DNA of 64,000 bases from the human T2T-CHM13v2.0 reference genome, Homo sapiens: NCBI RefSeq assembly GCF_009914755.1, contig NC_060935.1. One strand, 5' to 3'. Under the pieces are notes generated by a model that was not told the origin of the DNA, searched no databases, and saw only the letters and a program-made list of their open reading frames with translations. The first letter of the stretch is position 1. Every line of letters begins with the position of its first letter. Made by a program: the position numbers and the translations under genes. Positions 12,951-25,199 of the stretch are shown here, piece by piece.

Positions 12951-13939
12951 CCTTTCAGAACAGAAGGGTGAGTACTATTAATTTTTTAGTTTTACCATTG
13001 CAGTAGTGTGCTGTTATCCACATAGTAGATGTGCCGCAAAGCATGAGCTTAATGATTATTTCCCAAACTCTGATTATTAACCAAAGAGAGTATCCTTGAA
13101 TTTTCAGAGGATGAGTTCAGACTAAGCTAGCATAGGCAATCTAATTGAACATCCATCTTAATGTGAGAATAATGCCAGCTGCAATTGTCCCTGGATGTCA
13201 CTGGATTCAGCACTTTGCTAATGAGAGCCCTATCATCTGTTTGATGGCAGTGTGGTCTCCTTAGTTGTATTCTATTGTGTGGCCAGAGACTGTGCCTCTA
13301 ACCCCAGCCAGCTGTCTCTGCAATTTTTTCTGTTGATGATTAGGGAGTTTAAGCCAAATAGAATGGTTGGATTCACTTAGAATCACAGACCTTCAACACA
13401 GGAAGTTGGGTGTTCAACATTCAATATCTTTTGATATTATCCAGTTCAGCCTAATAATGCAGATGAAGAAACAGACAAAGGCTATGGAGATTTTTTTAAA
13501 GATATGCAGCCAAGTAGTAGCAGAGCCAAGGCTAGAATTTGTGTCTCTTAGCTACAGTATAATCCCAAACTGAGTATCTAACCACGAAATCTGGGGTAGT
13601 GTCCACTTTGCATCTATTATTGAATGATTTCATGATAATATTCCATGATTATGTAAGGATTTGTAGTTTATAAAGCTCCTTGATTTTCATAGCCATTTTA
13701 GAATGTGGTAGGGAAGTCACTACCATCTCAATTTTATAGATATGAAAATTGAGATTAAGTGACTTCCATCTGGTTAGAAGCATCGCTAAAATGTGTGCTA
13801 GGCCCATAATATTCACCTTCCAAATGTGTACCTATTGTTTATCTTGGTAAACCACGTTTCTACTCCAGGTAATATTTTTAAACAATCTACATGATTTTAG
13901 GAGAGTATTTTGAGTCTTGTAAACTATTACTTTAGATGG

Positions 13940-14185
13940 TCACCATAGTATAGTTGGCAGAGAACAAGACAAGAGCTGAGAAGAGCTTGGTTATAAAACT
14001 GATTCCATCAATTATTAGCTGCATGGTCTTGGGCAAGTCACTTAACTTCTCTGAACTTCACTTTTACAATCTTTAAAATTAGAGTAGTAGTAAAATAACT
14101 GCGTAAGTAGCTCACAAGAGTGTTGAGGGTTTCAAATGGGATAATCTGTTTGAACCCTGTAAACCACAGAGTTCTTTGTAAGTGC
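13940..14185 (+). mobile_element. MIR, near full length
   Basis: 'ttagctgcatggtcttgggcaagtcacttaacttctctgaacttca' core. Confidence 0.8.
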
Positions 14186-16038
14186 TATAGGCTGAGGGAT
14201 ATTTAGAAATTCTCAGACATGAGAGATCTAAGTTGCTGATGGCAATTTTTAATGCTAACTTCCTCTCGGATGACGTCCATGTATCTTTTTCTCTCTGAGA
14301 CTTTCTTTACTGGCTTGGACTTACTTACTTCCAAACCATTTACTATCTGACTAGAAGCAAGAAAAAAATGTGTGAGAGAGATAAAATTAAGTATTGTTTA
14401 TGATGCCGTATAGCTATAATTTCTTACAAATATGAAGTGTCCCTAATTGCAGTCACTTCAACACTGAAATGTTAACACTGTGAATATTTTAATAATGTTA
14501 AGAACACTTTTAAATGATGTTTTAATAATGCTTTAAATTTATTTTTTCTCAAATAGTCAACTGGCTTAAACAATGTGATATAAAAAGAGGAATAATATTT
14601 TACCCTCTTACTGACATGTGCTTCTGTACAATAAAAATAATACAAGAAATAATTCATCTAATGCTTATAGTTGACATACATTTATGTATGTAAACGCCAT
14701 CATGTGTTAAATTCCCTAGATGATATAAAAATGATCTTGGATAATATGGGCTACCATTAAGAAGCCAGTAATCTAGTGGGGGTAAAATACTTCAATTCAA
14801 TTAGAAGAAGAAGACATCTATTTATTTCTCCAACCAAGAAAGGTTTGAGGAGCTGCTGTTTGTCAAGTATTTATTTTGATGTCCTCATTACCCTGCACTG
14901 CTCCTGGTACATGTTGTACATGTACATGCTTCAAATATTGATTAAATTGTGTGTGAAAAAAGTCAAGTGTAATAATATTTTTCTATTTTTCATAGATTAC
15001 AGGGTGGCATTTTTTATTTTTGAATTAAAAACTCCATTTACATAGTATTGATACAAAGTCCTCAGAAAAAAATTTCAGCTTCTGGGAGGAAATAGAAAGT
15101 TTTTCCTTTAGGTTCTGGTTGTTTTTAACTAACTACAAGCATAACCCTGGAAAGAAAATAAAACATCCCGATGGGCCGCAGTTTTCCCAAAACAATTCTT
15201 AAGAATTCACCATCCCTCACTTTTTATGCCCTATAACCACTATTGCAGGTTTCTCCTGCCAAACTTGCCTGACAATAATACCACGTCAATTTAAAAATTA
15301 TTAGTGTTATCTTTGAGTTTTACAGTTACCATAGCAATACCTTTCTTCTCATTTATATCATTTTACATTTCAACAAAACTGAATAGAATTATTTGTTTTA
15401 AAGCCAGAGCTATAAAATTAGTTTCCATCAATACAAAAGCAGTAATCCAGTCCCTAAAATTTACAATTAGTGATAAATACAACAAAACAATGTCTATAAA
15501 CATCTCCATATCTTTATCAGAATAAAGTACCCTTTTTATTTCTATCATGCTGAGGTCCACATTCTTTGATATAGTAACAGGAGAAATATAAAACTGAAAA
15601 GGTTAAGAATCACTGTTCTGCAGCAATGTTATGGAACCTCTTCTGATTAGTACGTGATAACACAGATATGCTAGTCTTTAAGTCCTTAGATAAATATTTA
15701 TTGAGCATCCACTATCGAACCCCTGGTGGGAAATAGAAAAAATAATACAGTTTCAATTCTACAATGTTCCTGACTCTATTAAAAGGCAAAAAGACATTCA
15801 AAATTAACTTTCATACCTTCAAATATTTGACAAGGAATAGGTATCATGAGAGTGTATGTCTACTGAATGAGCATCTCCTCTGATCTAGGCTCATACATTA
15901 TCTTATGTAATATTGAAAATACCCACAGGTGATAGCATTTCCATTTTTCACTGGAACTCAGAAAGATTCAGAGAACCTAAGAATGTTGTCTTATAGTAAG
16001 CAGCCAGTAAAGGTAAAGCAAGAATTAACTCCAATGAC

Positions 16039-16229
16039 CAAACTCCTGCCTGCTGTCTGTTTTTTTAAATAAAAGTTTTTGGAACACAGCCACACATGTC
16101 TATTTACTTATTGTCTACAGTTGCTTTTGCATTCAAACAGCCTATTTGCAATGGTGATTATTCAGCTAAAAATGCCTAAAATATTTACTATCTGACCACA
16201 TGTGAAACAAATGCTGAACTATGCTCTAG
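16039..16229. mobile_element. MER58A hAT-Charlie
   Basis: 'aataaaagtttttggaacacagccacac...cctaaaatatttactatctgacc'. Confidence 0.8.
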
Positions 16230-16372
16230 ACCTTAAACAACGAACAGAAAAAAATATTTACTTATTTAACACTGTTCTGTTGTCATGTTTATGTATCAAT
16301 TATTATAAATGTTCAAAATACAAAACCCTGAGTCCTTTCTTGAAGGAGCCTACAATTTATCCAACTGGAAAC

Positions 16373-16450
16373 AGAGAGAGAGAGAGGAAGAAAGAAGGAA
16401 GGAAGGAAGGAAGGAAGGAAGGAAGGAAGGAAGGAAGGAAGGAAGGAAGG

Positions 16451-16513
<63 letters not shown>

Positions 16514-16548
16514 AAAGAAAAGAAAAGAAAAGAAAAAAGAGAAAGAGA
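16373..16548 (+). repeat. Compound purine microsatellite (GA)n-(GGAA)13-(GAAA)15-(GAAAA)n
   Basis: Read directly; GGAA run 16397-16448, GAAA run 16452-16511. Confidence 0.97.
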
Positions 16549-16699
16549 CAGACATCATCATTCTGTATCAGTTATTCTCCATCTACTGGGAAAAAAGCTA
16601 AATTCATAAAATATTTTTACTTTTAATGACCAGGCTACCATAACAATAAAAAAATTTTTCAAAGGGACCCATGGCAGACACAAACATTTACAAATATTT

Positions 16700-17830
16700 A
16701 TTTTTTAAGCTTCATTGAGGTATAATGGCTATAAAAAAAAGGCACATAATGTATACTTTTGATGATTATGAATATATGCATATGCTCATAATGCCATAAT
16801 CACAATCAAGGTATTAACCATATTCATCAACTCAACATATTTCCTTGTGTTCTCCTCTGTACATTTGTGTATGTTTTTTTTTTCCAGGGTGAGAACACTT
16901 AACATGAAATCTATCTCCTTAACATATTTTAAAGTACATAATACCACATTGTTAACTATAGGTACTATGTTGCACAGATTTCTAAAACGTATTCATCTTA
17001 ACTGCAACTTTATAACCCATTTCCTCCTCTCCTCAGTCCCTGGCAACCACTATTGTATTCCCTGCTTCTATGAATTTTACTATTTTAAATACCTTATATA
17101 ATTGGAGTCATGCAACATTTATTCTTCTGTGACGGGCTTATTTAATTTGGCATAATGTCCTCTAGGTTCATTCGTGTTGTCGTGAATGAAAGACTTTCCT
17201 CCTCATCATCATCTTCCTTTTCTCTTTTGTAAGACTTTATTCTTTTAAAGGAGTTTTAGATTCACAGCAAAATAGAGAGAAAGGTATAGAGATTTTTCCA
17301 TATCCCCCCGTCCCCATATATATATCACCCCCCTCTTTATCAACATCCCCCAACATAGTGGTACCGTTTCTACTGTTCATAAGTCTCCATTAACATACGT
17401 TATCACCCTAAGTCTCTATTTTACATTAGGATTTATTTTTGATACATCACACAATGGTAAAAACAAATAAGCTACCAAGCCATGAAAAGATAGAGGAAAC
17501 TTGAAAGCATCTTTCGAATTTAAAGAAGGCATTCTGAAAAGGCTACATACTGTATGAGTTCAACTATACGATGGTCTGGGAAAGGCAAAACTATAGATGT
17601 GGTGAAAAAAAAAATCAGTGGTTGCCACAGGTTAGGGAAAAGGGAGGATTGAGTAGGTGAAACACAAAAGATTTTCAGAGAGTGAAAATAAATCTAATGT
17701 ATGATGCTATAATGGTGGATACAAGTTATTATACATTTGTACAAACCGGTAGAATGTATAACACCAAATCGTTTTCTGTTTAGGATTGACTAATATACCA
17801 TTGTATATATACCACATTTTCTTTGTCATT
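16700..17830 (-). mobile_element. L1MB-class 3' end, interrupted at ~17215-17775
   Basis: 'ttcattgaggtataat...ccctggcaaccactatt...gtcctctaggttcattcgtgttg', resuming as 'taatataccattgtatatataccacattttcttt'. Confidence 0.8.
17228..17767 (-). mobile_element. L1MC1/2-like insertion with 5' inversion (17228-17445 minus; 17455-17767 plus)
   Basis: Minus piece 'gttttagattcacagcaaaatagagagaaaggtatagagatt'; plus piece 'aagctaccaagccatgaaaagat...aaaaggctacatactgtatga'. Confidence 0.8.
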
Positions 17831-17844
17831 CTTCTACAGACAGA

Positions 17845-19400
17845 CATCCCTAACAGACAGTTAGAGTACATTTCCCAATTTCTATTGCGGTATGGTCTGA
17901 TCACGTGCATGAGCTCTGGTCAGTGGGATAAGAACGTAAGTCATATGTAGCATTTTCAGGTCAGGGTTTTTGAGAGATGGATATGCTCCCTTCTACACAC
18001 TATTTCTTCTGTTGGTAGGATGCAGTGATGGAAAGACCATAGAGGATGGTGGAGCCAGATGAAATCAGGTCTCCGCAAAGAGAAGAACTGCCTACGGAGC
18101 AGAAATATTCACCTCAGACTTGTTTGAGCCATTGTACATGTTACATCATTTATTATTGCAGAGCATCCTCTGCTAAATAAGATAGAAATTGGTACTTTGA
18201 AGCAAGGTGTTGCCATAGCAAACATATAAACTATGTGGCATTGGTAGGTTACAAGGAAGTGTGAGTAAGGTTACAAGGAGCCTGCAGAAATGAAGTCTCA
18301 TTGAATTCAGAAGTAAAATACCTGGTAAAACTTTTGCTTATAAGAATTTGAAAGACAGACCAAATTCCCATGAGCCTGTAGCTCAAGGAGCAAAGGTATC
18401 AAAAAGCCAAAATATTAGTGTGTAACAGCTATTATTTGCCATTTTAAGAAAGACATTAAATGAAAAAGATTAGTTTTGTCAAGAATTGGCTGCTTGGAGA
18501 GCTTAAATAGAAGGAATTTAGAAAGAGTCTGGAAAATTGGGGGCTTTGTATAGTTGCAAAATTATTTCACTGCTTTTGTATTTAAAATGTTTTGAGGACT
18601 AGAGACGTAGTAACAATTCTTAATTGAACAGCAGGCTTAAGTTATTGGCAAAAATCAGATTAAGAATGAAGGAGAAAGGATGTGGAATTAATTGAAACAG
18701 CAAAGAAATACACAGATTTGATATCTGCGTTTAAGAAAGAATTCTGGTTGTGTTGATGGACTACATGTTAACATGATACCAATGAAAGCAAATGCGGATT
18801 AAGTGTCTCAGGGAATTTGCATTGCCCAAAAAACCCAAGAGTAGAAAACAGTCCTCAGATCTCCAAAAATTCACCGATAAGCAGCAGCTTGTGAATGCTA
18901 CACATTCTCTTTCCAAAAGTCAATTCAGGTCTCCATGGAGGATACTCAGTGAAGAAGAACTTTCCAGAGTTCAGAACCAGAGGCCACATAGAATAATGAC
19001 AAGATAATGATTTCAGAGACAAGATTCCATTTCTATTTAAAACAATTTTTCAACTGTGGTTTTTCTCAATGGCAGACAAGTTAGATTTCATCAGTAGTAT
19101 AAACCAGTGACTGTGTGGTTTCCCCATTCTTTCCTTTTTTTCTTTTTTTGAGACAGCGTCTCACCATGTTGCCCAGACTGGAGTGCAGTGTTGTGATCTC
19201 GGCTCACTCCAACCTCCCTACCTGTCCTGCATGTACCAGTGTATATTATGAGTGGAGTATGTGTGCAAGTGTGTATTCAAAGCTTTCTAGGTGACCAGAG
19301 ATCTTATTTGAACTTAAATAATAAATTTGCACACTACCAAGAGCTCCTGGTCTTTGAGACAAAAATCTTAACCTCATGGGAAAGATGGCTAAGTTAGCAC
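17845..19400 (+). mobile_element. MLT1 (H/I/J-class) LTR (to ~18184) plus MaLR internal sequence
   Basis: LTR-like 'catttcccaatttctattgc...gaggatggtggagcca' followed directly by the MaLR-int start 'gaaattggtactttgaagcaaggtgttgccatagcaaac'. Confidence 0.65.
19135..19218 (-). mobile_element. 5'-truncated Alu (3' ~80 bp)
   Basis: poly-T then 'gagacagcgtctcaccatgttgcccagactggagtgcagtg'. Confidence 0.9.
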
Positions 19401-20020
19401 CGGTAAGATTCTGTTTAACACAGAGGGAAATGGCAAAGTCATTGTTTCTCAGCAACCAATTAGCAAAGATGTTACTGCCAGGAAAGGCCCTGATAGAATT
19501 TGTATCAATTACCTCATTTATATTTAAATACTTTAAATGATAGTGACTATGTCGGTTTTGTGCATTTATTTAATAGAGATTACTGAATTCCTACTATGTT
19601 TAAATTCTCAGGAAAGGGAGAACTACTAACGTATGGCCACCTATGTGTAAGAAACTATAATGGAAATAAAACCAGTCTCGAAACAATTGCCTGGCATATC
19701 TTTCTTTCAAGTTATGCCTCCTTCCATTTCTTTTTGTGAAGTCAGTCCCTCTTATATATTTTGAAACACCTAAAATCTACTTCTCTCCCCTTTTCCAGAT
19801 CCAGAACTCTTTTCTGGGATCCAAAACTCATCTGTGCTTTGATAAATATTTAATTTTTTAAAGATTTAGTTGGCAAGTCAGTATTGTAGTTAAATTACAA
19901 TCAGTTGTTTTGCAATACTTAGTGGAAAAGACACATTGAAACTTCAATTTGAATCAAATTTCATTATAGTTTTGAAATGGAATGGATTGATGAGTACTAG
20001 TAATAAAACCAAAGTAGAAA

Positions 20021-20190
20021 AGCAGGGCATGATGGCATGCACCTGCAGTCCCAGCTACTCAGGAGGCTGAGGTGGGAGGATCACTTGAGTCCAGGAGTTC
20101 GAGACTGCAGTGTACTATGATTATGCCTACACTCCAGCCTGGCCAACATAGCAAGAATCCATCTCTAAAAAAGTTAAATAAAAAAATAAA
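20021..20190 (+). mobile_element. Alu right monomer (FRAM/AluJ)
   Basis: 'cagtcccagctactcaggaggctgaggtgggaggatcacttgagtccaggagttcgag' plus A-rich tail. Confidence 0.9.
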
Positions 20191-21519
20191 TTAAATTATT
20201 GCTTAAAAAAGTAAGCCTCTGTAGAATCATTTGTTATTTTGTAGTGTGAAAATTTAAAGTACTGTAATAAGGATTCTTTTAAAATTGATTGCAGGAAACT
20301 ATTCAGAGCCGTTAAGTGCCATGTTGTTAAATAGTGTTCAGAAGTGCTTCCACACGCATATGATTGATTAATTACCTTGCAAACAACCCTTGGGATCTCT
20401 TATAAGTCTTTTGTATTAAGGCTACTTATCCCTCCTACACACTGCTCTTAACTAGAGTATTAGTTTTATCATTTGAAAGCTTTGAATTCAGTGGCACAAT
20501 TTTTTGGACTTCAAAAGCTACTTCAATTCAGGAATAGAGATTGTCAATATCTAAGATATCTAATATTGTATACAGAGACATTGGCAGATATTAAACATAG
20601 ATATATTATAGAGTTTGATTCTAATGAGTCACTAACGGAAACTTCCAGAACTAATACTCTTACTAGTAGATAGTGTTACTATTCTTCAGCCTCACAAACT
20701 TTATTTTCCGGTCAGTATCATTTATTTAGAATTCTTCATGAAAACTAGTGACTCAAGTCAGCACAATGAGTAATGCTGTCATAGTTAACACATATTATAT
20801 ATCAAGTAAATTATTCCATGCTTTTAAAATCCATAGATCTAAATGTCACCCACAGCAAATATAAATGCTCACAGGAGACATTTGCAAAATCAGATAAGTA
20901 GTGTTAGGAATAGATGATTATCATATTTATTTTAATAATTGATTAAAATTATAAATCAAGAAGCTAATAGTGTTCAGTTAAATTTTGTTGAATCAAATTT
21001 CTTTATTCTTTTGGTGTGGAGTCATTTGCTCTTTATTGACAAGCAGATTGGTTTTTTTTATATTAACGTATTTTGAGGTCTCTGAATTTGTGACCTTGGT
21101 GAATTAATTTCACATCATATATCAGTTTCCTCATCTGTAAAATAAAGAAATTAAATTATAAACTTTAAAATAAACCTTTTAGCTCAATGTTAATATATGG
21201 TAATATAGCATTTGAGTACTTAAAAATTGTAGATAATAAACAGTTATTCACCACCATTTAGTGAGCACCTTTGGAATTATATAGACTATCCTAGGGAAAA
21301 ATGGTAGATTATATATTATCTGATCTAAATAGTCTTAGTCATGGATTTTTTATTAAAAGGGAATGGGAGCCATTTGTTTGTGATCAAATATATTAGGTAA
21401 ATCCAGTCTCCTAAAACCATCATGATAAAAAACATCAAAGAGCCACTTCATGCTCTATATTTCTATAGCACATTAAATATTACTTTACTATCAAAATTAT
21501 GTCATGACAATAACATTTA

Positions 21520-21923
21520 AAAATTTCATTTTGGCTTCAAGGGTGCATATGCAGCTTTGTTTTATTGGTAAAATCGTGTCAAAGATTTCATAACGAAGAT
21601 GCCAAAAGCAATTGCAACAAAAGCAAAAATTGACAAATGGGATCTAATCAAAATTAAGAGCTTCTGCACAGCAAAAGAAACTATGAACAGAGTAAACAGG
21701 CAACCTACAGAATGGGAGAACATATTTGCAAATTATGCATCTGACAAAGGTCTAATATCCAGCATCTGTAAGGAACTTAAACAAATTTACAAGTGAAAAA
21801 CCAACAACCCATTAAAAGGGGGCAAAGGACATGAACAGACACTTTTCTAAAGAAGGCATGCCTGAGGCCAACAAGCATATGAAAGCATATGCAACAAAGC
21901 TCAGTATTACTGAGCATTAGAGA
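21520..21923. mobile_element. Short inverted/deleted L1PA (old primate) insertion
   Basis: 21520-21580 is an L1 3' terminus on minus; 21581-21923 is ORF2 ([18 protein letters not shown]) on plus. Confidence 0.85.
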
Positions 21924-22162
21924 CAGTAGCATCCTTACTGATAAGGGCGTATCTTATCAGAATACATGATATAAGTGACAGATGAATGGCTGTTAATCTA
22001 AATTAGATGGTTATTTCAGCTGTGATTGAAATCAAAGTATGATAGATTGCATGTGGTTTTATACATACATTTACATATATCTACATAGGCATGTGACAAA
22101 AATGTCATAAGATTGTCTATCATTCTGTAAAAACCCTAATTATATACTTTATGGAGAGAAAG

Positions 22163-22201
22163 GTAGAGGAGGAGAGAGAGAGAGAGACAGAGAGAGAGAG
22201 A
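22163..22201 (+). repeat. (GA)n microsatellite
   Basis: Read directly. Confidence 0.9.
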
Positions 22202-23189
22202 CTTATTTTTTTTTTTTTTAACTTGAGTGAAAACAGTAAGGTATGAGTGAGAGAGGCTTGGTGTAGCATAAACTGAAAAGCCATAGGATTTCATTTCCAC
22301 TGTACATACATGAACACATACAGATATAATCCAAGATAAGCCACTTAAAATTCCTAAGCCTCAATTCCTTTATGTATACACCAAATTGTAATGAATATGA
22401 CAATCGAAATGTAACAATAATTAAGAAAAATATAGTTATTAATATAAATTATGTTTGAAATTGCAAATATGTATAATAAACATACAGGTATGAAAAAGTC
22501 TGTTAATAGAAATCTAGTGCATATGTATAAGGGACTAGCAGTCAACCCATTTACATACACACAGATACACACATATACACTTAGCATGCAAATGTACTAT
22601 ATACACAACCATAAACTCATCAAACTATTTATGTTCATATGTGTAGTTATTGCTAATAGAAACTCCCAAATATTAATAATTCTTGCAAAAAATAATTTGC
22701 TCCTCCATATACTCCTTTATTTTGCTAAGTTTGAACATTATTCAGTAAGGATTTCTTCTTTGGAAAGACATGAAAATGATAAGCAAAATTCTTCTGGTTA
22801 AAGATGCAATATATATCCAATGCAAACATATGAGTAGTGGCAGGGATCTCTTCATTAGTGACGGCTTTTGATGTTATGAGGGGCTTAACCAGGCAGCAAG
22901 GATTCAAGCTGCCATCTAATGAGCAGGTGTTCTTACACAACCTTCTCCTCAACTCCTGCAATTCTCTGGGTTTGACTTGATTCCTTATGCCCATTCAAGA
23001 TGCAATAAGATTTCTGCTCTGATTAGATAGTTTATGGTTTAACACAACTGACTCTAATATTTTCAAGCCTAGCATACTGTTACCAGACATCATTTACCCA
23101 ATTTTTGTGGGATAATAGCCTCTGCTTAGTTACATCAAAGTTGTGTGGCCTAAGGCGGGTCACATTTCACATTAAGCAATAATAAGTAA

Positions 23190-23385
23190 CATTTGTTCTT
23201 TGTGCATAGTGCTTTCTCTTTAATATGTTATTCAATATTATAATAAGGCTCCCAATGAGGCAGACACTATTATTTCCATTTAATAGATGAAGGTGTTGAG
23301 GATTAGAGTGGGTCAAATTACCCAGAGTAATTTTTAGGTAATTTAGTGGAGCCAAAACTCAACTCTCAGAGAGCCTAAAAGATGA
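23190..23385 (-). mobile_element. MIR
   Basis: 'tattatttccatttaatagatgaaggtgttgaggattagagtgggtcaaattaccc'. Confidence 0.65.
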
Positions 23386-23531
23386 GCTATTCTACTAGAA
23401 GACTCTTCTAACATTCTAAGCTTCAATGTCTTTACCTGTAGGGCTCTTACAAGTGCTAATGAGATAACTCACCTAAGTAAAGTACCCAGCAAAAGCCAGC
23501 ATGTAGTATGAATTTAGTAATGTGAAGAGTT

Positions 23532-23562
<31 letters not shown>

Positions 23563-23566
23563 GCAG
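23532..23566 (+). repeat. Interrupted CAG/CTG trinucleotide repeat
   Basis: ag(cag)2 tag (cag)8. Confidence 0.95.
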
Positions 23567-24349
23567 GAGTGAGTGGAAGCCCATGAATGCTTTATTAGAA
23601 TGTCATAGAGTATTTTCTATCTTAAACATGTCTCATTTATAAGTTATCAAATAAAGAACAAAGATGTAACTAACTCTGACTTAAGATATGTAATTACCCA
23701 TTTAAAACAAAACACTGGAATTGTCTACATAAAAGGAAAGGAAATTTAAGCAATTTCTCACACCTCTTTCTGCCCCAGGCATTTAATATGATTCTATTAA
23801 TGGGAAACCAAAAAAAAAAAAGTCTCTTTCTAGGAATTATATATATATACCTCTCTGAAAGCTCTATTACCAATTTCAATGCTTTATATAATCTTTTGAT
23901 TTAATAATATCCTGAATAATCCTGAATATCTATGTGATATACATTCAGAGCAAAGCTTTGGCCCATATGGAAAACGGGAAGGTCCAAATGCTTTTGTTAA
24001 ATAAAGCTGCCAGCTACAAACATACCTGTGAGATCTTTGTCCTATCGTATAATTCATTTTTACACCTTTATATTCCCCGGAGCTAGGAAGGAAGCAACCA
24101 TGGCTTAATGGGGCCATTTTTAATTCCTTCCACCCCCACTCCTGCCATCATTTTTTGTACAGGAGTTTCAACCAGCCAGTTTCTTTAGAACCAGCACCGG
24201 GGAATGCCATAACAATGAAAGATGGAAAAAATGTGTGTCTGAGACTAGTTTCCTCACAAGACCACCATCTGCTTTTTGAGGTCCATAAAAAGCTAAAATG
24301 CCTACTTTCTAGGAATTTTTCCAGCTGTGTGAAACAAAACAGAAGGTTT

Positions 24350-25065
24350 CATATATGATAGAGTAGTATTTAAATTCTTACCCCATTACTTTCTAGCTAT
24401 GGAACCTTCATTTAGTTACTTCTCCTTTCTAAACTTCAGTTTTCTTATCTGACAAATGGGGATGACACTGTCAGTGGTGTTTGAACCAGAGCAACTCCAT
24501 CTTGAATAGGTGCTAGGTAAAATAAGGCTGAGACTTACTAGGCTATGTTCTCAGATGGTTAAGGCATTCTAAGTCACAGGATGAAACAGGAGGTCAGCAC
24601 AAGATGAAGGTCATAAAGGCCTTGCTTATATAAAACAGGTTGCAGTAAAGAAGCCAACCCAAACCCACCAAAACCAAGTTGGCCACAAGAGTGGCCTCTG
24701 GTCCTCCTCACTGCTACACTCCCAACAGTGCCATGACAGTTTACAAATGCCATGGCAACATCAGGGAGTTACCCCATGTGGTCTAAAAAGGGGAGGCGTG
24801 AGTAAACTACCCTTTGTTTAGCATATTATCAAGAAATAACCATAAAAATGGGCAACAAGCAGCCCTCTGGGTTTCTCTGTCTGTAGAGTGGCCTTTCTTT
24901 CATTCCTTTACTTTCCTAATAAACTTGCTTTCACTACACTCTACGGACTCACCCTGAATTCTTTCTTGTGTGAAATCTAAGAACCCTCTCTAGGGGTCTG
25001 GATTGGTATCCATTTCCAGTAACAATACTACTTACCTTTCTTGATGGTTATAAACACTAAATATG
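24350..25065 (+). mobile_element. MIR split by MER41A
   Basis: 'cttcagttttcttatctgacaaatggggatgac' before the LTR, resuming as 'atactacttacctttcttgatggtt'. Confidence 0.7.
24469..25024 (+). mobile_element. MER41A ERV1 solo LTR
   Basis: TG...CA ends, 556 bp; 'tttgaaccagagcaactccatcttgaatagg'; AATAAA near 24918; 4-bp TSD acac/atac. Confidence 0.92.
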
Positions 25066-25199
25066 TTGGAAGTAAACCTCTTAGCTGCTTCACACGTATT
25101 GGCCACTCGAGAAGAATGAGTTCCCTTTGGCTTGCTTTATATTCCCACTGCACAGGGACACATCATAAGAGGTTCCTATTGACTAAATAACAAATATAA

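Noticed and set aside
16202-16626. K/E/R-rich ORFs (also 58366-58720)
   Set aside because: Translations of GGAA/GAAA microsatellites and Alu sequence.
25036-25182. 147-nt minus-strand exon candidate with an AAG|GTAAGT donor
   Set aside because: Donor is MIR-derived, acceptor is mediocre, and the frame I translated hits a stop; no further support.
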